Below are positions 61,968 through 64,000 of a DNA stretch of 64,000 nucleotides, piece after piece. The notes under the pieces were generated by a model that worked only from the letters and a program-made list of their open reading frames with translations, searched no databases and was not told the DNA's origin. Positions within the stretch are counted from its first letter, which is position 1; every line of letters starts with the position of its first letter. Both the position numbers and the translations under genes were made by a program. The DNA is taken from the NCBI GenBank assembly GCA_051546255.1, contig CP128815.1, positions 310,001 to 374,000 on the forward strand. The letters are read 5' to 3'. Source of the DNA: Meyerozyma guilliermondii. Taxonomy: Eukaryota.

Positions 61968-62076
61968 CCCCACTTGGTGGGGGATGTATGGGCTTGTTAA
62001 CAATAAACTGGTGGGGGCGGGGGTAATTCTCTGGGGTACGAATGAGAGGAGTTGTATCTCTTTACCCCTATATAAA
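61968..62076. promoter_or_regulatory. GC-box cluster and TATA box upstream of the GH88 gene
   Basis: Inverted CCCCAC-ttg-GTGGGG (61968-61982), GTGGGGGCGGGGG (about 62011), CTGGGG (62031), TATATAAA (62069). Confidence 0.6.
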
Positions 62077-62131
62077 GTGAATACCTTCTAATATCAAATT
62101 AGTACCAATAGAACGTTGATTGATTTAAGTG

Positions 62132-63355
62132 ATGTCCGATTTTAGAGAGTTGAAGCAAAAATTGTACAGCGAATCAGTAGTCGCTAAGATTTGGGGAGTT
62201 GCGTCCTCTAAGCTCAATGATGCAAACCCGCCAACGGAGATGCCCGAGTACTCCTTTTTTGACGACAAAGGATACACATATCGTGACATGGAGTATTGGA
62301 CATGTGGTTTCTTTCCGGGGTCACTTTATGCTCTACGCGAGCGGAGTGTAAAATATAGTGACAGTTTTCCTGGGTCGAAACTTCATCCTCTCAAGCTTGA
62401 GCATGCTGCCAAATGGTGGGCGGAGTCCTTGAAAATTGAGGCACCAAGAACTGATACCCATGATTTGGGTTTTATAATTGCCCCTGTGTTTATTAGGGAA
62501 CACGAACTTACAGGAAGTAAGGAATCCTTAGATATTCTAGTTACAGCAGCAAATGCTTTAGCTAGTAGATTCGACGAAACGGTTGGCTGTATAAGATCAT
62601 GGGACACTGCTGTCAATAAGCGTTACAACTATTCAGATACTCAGAAGGATTACTTGGTCATTATTGATAACATGTGCAATTTAGACTTGTTGTACTATGT
62701 TGCCAAAAAGACTGGAGACTTGAGATTGTCATCAATTGCTACTCGTCATGCCGAAACTACCTTGAAGCACCACTTCAGAGAAGACTGGTCGTGCTACCAT
62801 GTCCTCAACTATAACAAAAGGAACGGAGAAGTCATCGCCAAATTCACGAACCAAGGCTTTGCCGATGAATCTGCTTGGTCAAGAGGTCAATCATGGGCCG
62901 TTATGGGGTATGCCGATGCTTATGCATTCACTAAACAGAAGAAGTTCTTAGACGCTGCCATTTCATTAGCTGACTATTTTTTGGGTCAATTACCCGAGGA
63001 TGGAGTTCCAGCTTGGGACTTTAAAGCTCCCAACAAAGAGGTACGGGATGTCTCCGCGGGAATGATTGCATCGCTTGGAATGCTTAGCATTTATGAATCT
63101 ACCAAGGATAAAAAGTATTTGGACCTGGCCCTCAAGCTTATAGACAACTGCACTAGGTTTGCTTACAACGAGGAGTCAAAGTTGCATGAGGGAGGGAAGG
63201 TTACCTTGGGAAACTTTGATACAATTTTGCACGCTTCCACCATCAATAACAATCCGGATGCTCCAAAGCAGCTTGCAAATCATGGCTTAGTATACGCAGA
63301 CTACTACTTTTTGACTATTGGTAACAAGCTATTAGATCTTGAAGTTTTCAACTAA
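62132..63355 (+). CDS. Glycoside hydrolase family 88, unsaturated glucuronyl hydrolase-like, no signal peptide
   Basis: WTCGFFPGSL, THDLGF and IIDNMCNL (the two catalytic-Asp motifs of UGL), HHFRED.SCYHV, QG..DES.WSRGQSW...GY, VPAWDF, RDVSA, YADYYFL. Confidence 0.9.
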   Translation: MSDFRELKQKLYSESVVAKIWGVASSKLNDANPPTEMPEYSFFDDKGYTYRDMEYWTCGFFPGSLYALRERSVKYSDSFPGSKLHPLKLEHAAKWWAESLKIEAPRTDTHDLGFIIAPVFIREHELTGSKESLDILVTAANALASRFDETVGCIRSWDTAVNKRYNYSDTQKDYLVIIDNMCNLDLLYYVAKKTGDLRLSSIATRHAETTLKHHFREDWSCYHVLNYNKRNGEVIAKFTNQGFADESAWSRGQSWAVMGYADAYAFTKQKKFLDAAISLADYFLGQLPEDGVPAWDFKAPNKEVRDVSAGMIASLGMLSIYESTKDKKYLDLALKLIDNCTRFAYNEESKLHEGGKVTLGNFDTILHASTINNNPDAPKQLANHGLVYADYYFLTIGNKLLDLEVFN

Positions 63356-63419
63356 AAGTTTTAGAGAACGTACTGTTCGAGCATTATTTAGAAACAAACT
63401 AGCTATCTTGATTGCTATT

Positions 63420-64000
63420 CTAAATACCATATTTCTTTCTAGGTTGCCCCATACTGCGGGCCATACAATTTTCAAGTAGTCCCGCGTATTCTCGACATAC
63501 CTCCGACTGGCAATATTTGAACCGATCCTTGAAAAGTGCTATTAAGCCCGCCATGCAATGAGTGTTTGTCAAACTCTCGAGTGCTTCCGCATAAAGATCA
63601 AGAAACCGGTTCGATAAAATGCCTTCCGGTGTGATGTCACGCAAATGGGAGCATATCCGTTTTATGTATGCATAACCATCTTCTCGTATCTTGACAACAT
63701 TATCTGGAGCATGGGATCCAATACTTATTTCAGATTCAGGTCCAAAAAGGCAATAGTTATAAGACCAGATGACGAATAAGGACGAAGCTACGACGTTGGG
63801 ACGATGAAAAATAGGGTCAGTAGCAGGATCGTACAACAATTTCTCATTCCCGTTGAAAAGTAGCTCATGCAAGAACATATAACAATGTAATACAGATATC
63901 CTACCCTTCAAAGAATTTGCCCATGCCTGAATACGCTCTTTGACAACTTGGTAATCCTTCTCTGTTGTCTTCACATTCATTCGGTTGGAAGCTCCGACGT
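63420..64000 (-). CDS. C-terminal part of a fungal transcription factor (fungal-specific regulatory domain); runs off the right edge
   Basis: Frame is open to the window end. IQAWANS..GRISVLHC..FL..LL, LFVIWSY, G..ALF.......SEVCREYA.LLENC resemble the C-termini of fungal C2H2/Zn-cluster regulators. The DNA-binding domain is not visible. Confidence 0.6.
   Translation of the reverse strand, partial: VGASNRMNVKTTEKDYQVVKERIQAWANSLKGRISVLHCYMFLHELLFNGNEKLLYDPATDPIFHRPNVVASSLFVIWSYNYCLFGPESEISIGSHAPDNVVKIREDGYAYIKRICSHLRDITPEGILSNRFLDLYAEALESLTNTHCMAGLIALFKDRFKYCQSEVCREYAGLLENCMARSMGQPRKKYGI

Overview
Gene-dense eukaryotic (budding-yeast) chromosomal DNA, with about 36 protein genes, one tRNA-Asn(GTT) and one clear spliceosomal intron (PSF2). 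CTG codons sit at conserved Ser positions, so this is a CUG-Ser clade yeast. The moderate GC, compact intergenics and Candida-like protein sequences suggest Candida (Candidozyma) auris or a relative, which is an inference. Most of the window is housekeeping: a DIP2/CMR2-like gene, CCM1, NAM2, CTF3/CENP-I, SKI8, NUP82, CUS2, SDH8, EFM2, BNA3, YHC3, ARO4, IZH, ARG2, PSF2, BIT61, a CHIP-like E3, CHS1, SRM1, CAF40, a MATE transporter, ENP1, PLC1, HIS7, an RCR protein, an APC permease, GPI7 and REI1. Two regions stand out. (1) At the right edge, a candidate catabolic cluster: an LRA4-like 2-keto-3-deoxy-sugar-acid aldolase, an intracellular GH88 unsaturated glucuronyl hydrolase and a truncated fungal transcription factor, with GC-box-rich promoters. 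A KduD-like reductase lies about 52 kb away. Together they suggest a fungal route for unsaturated uronate (possibly glycosaminoglycan-derived) disaccharides. (2) At 27-33 kb, two tandem orphan paralogues have different internal repeat arrays but share a C-terminal motif. One also carries polyproline and several WH2-like LKKT/LRKV motifs, making it a candidate lineage-specific actin regulator. All gene calls come from motif recognition without database searches.
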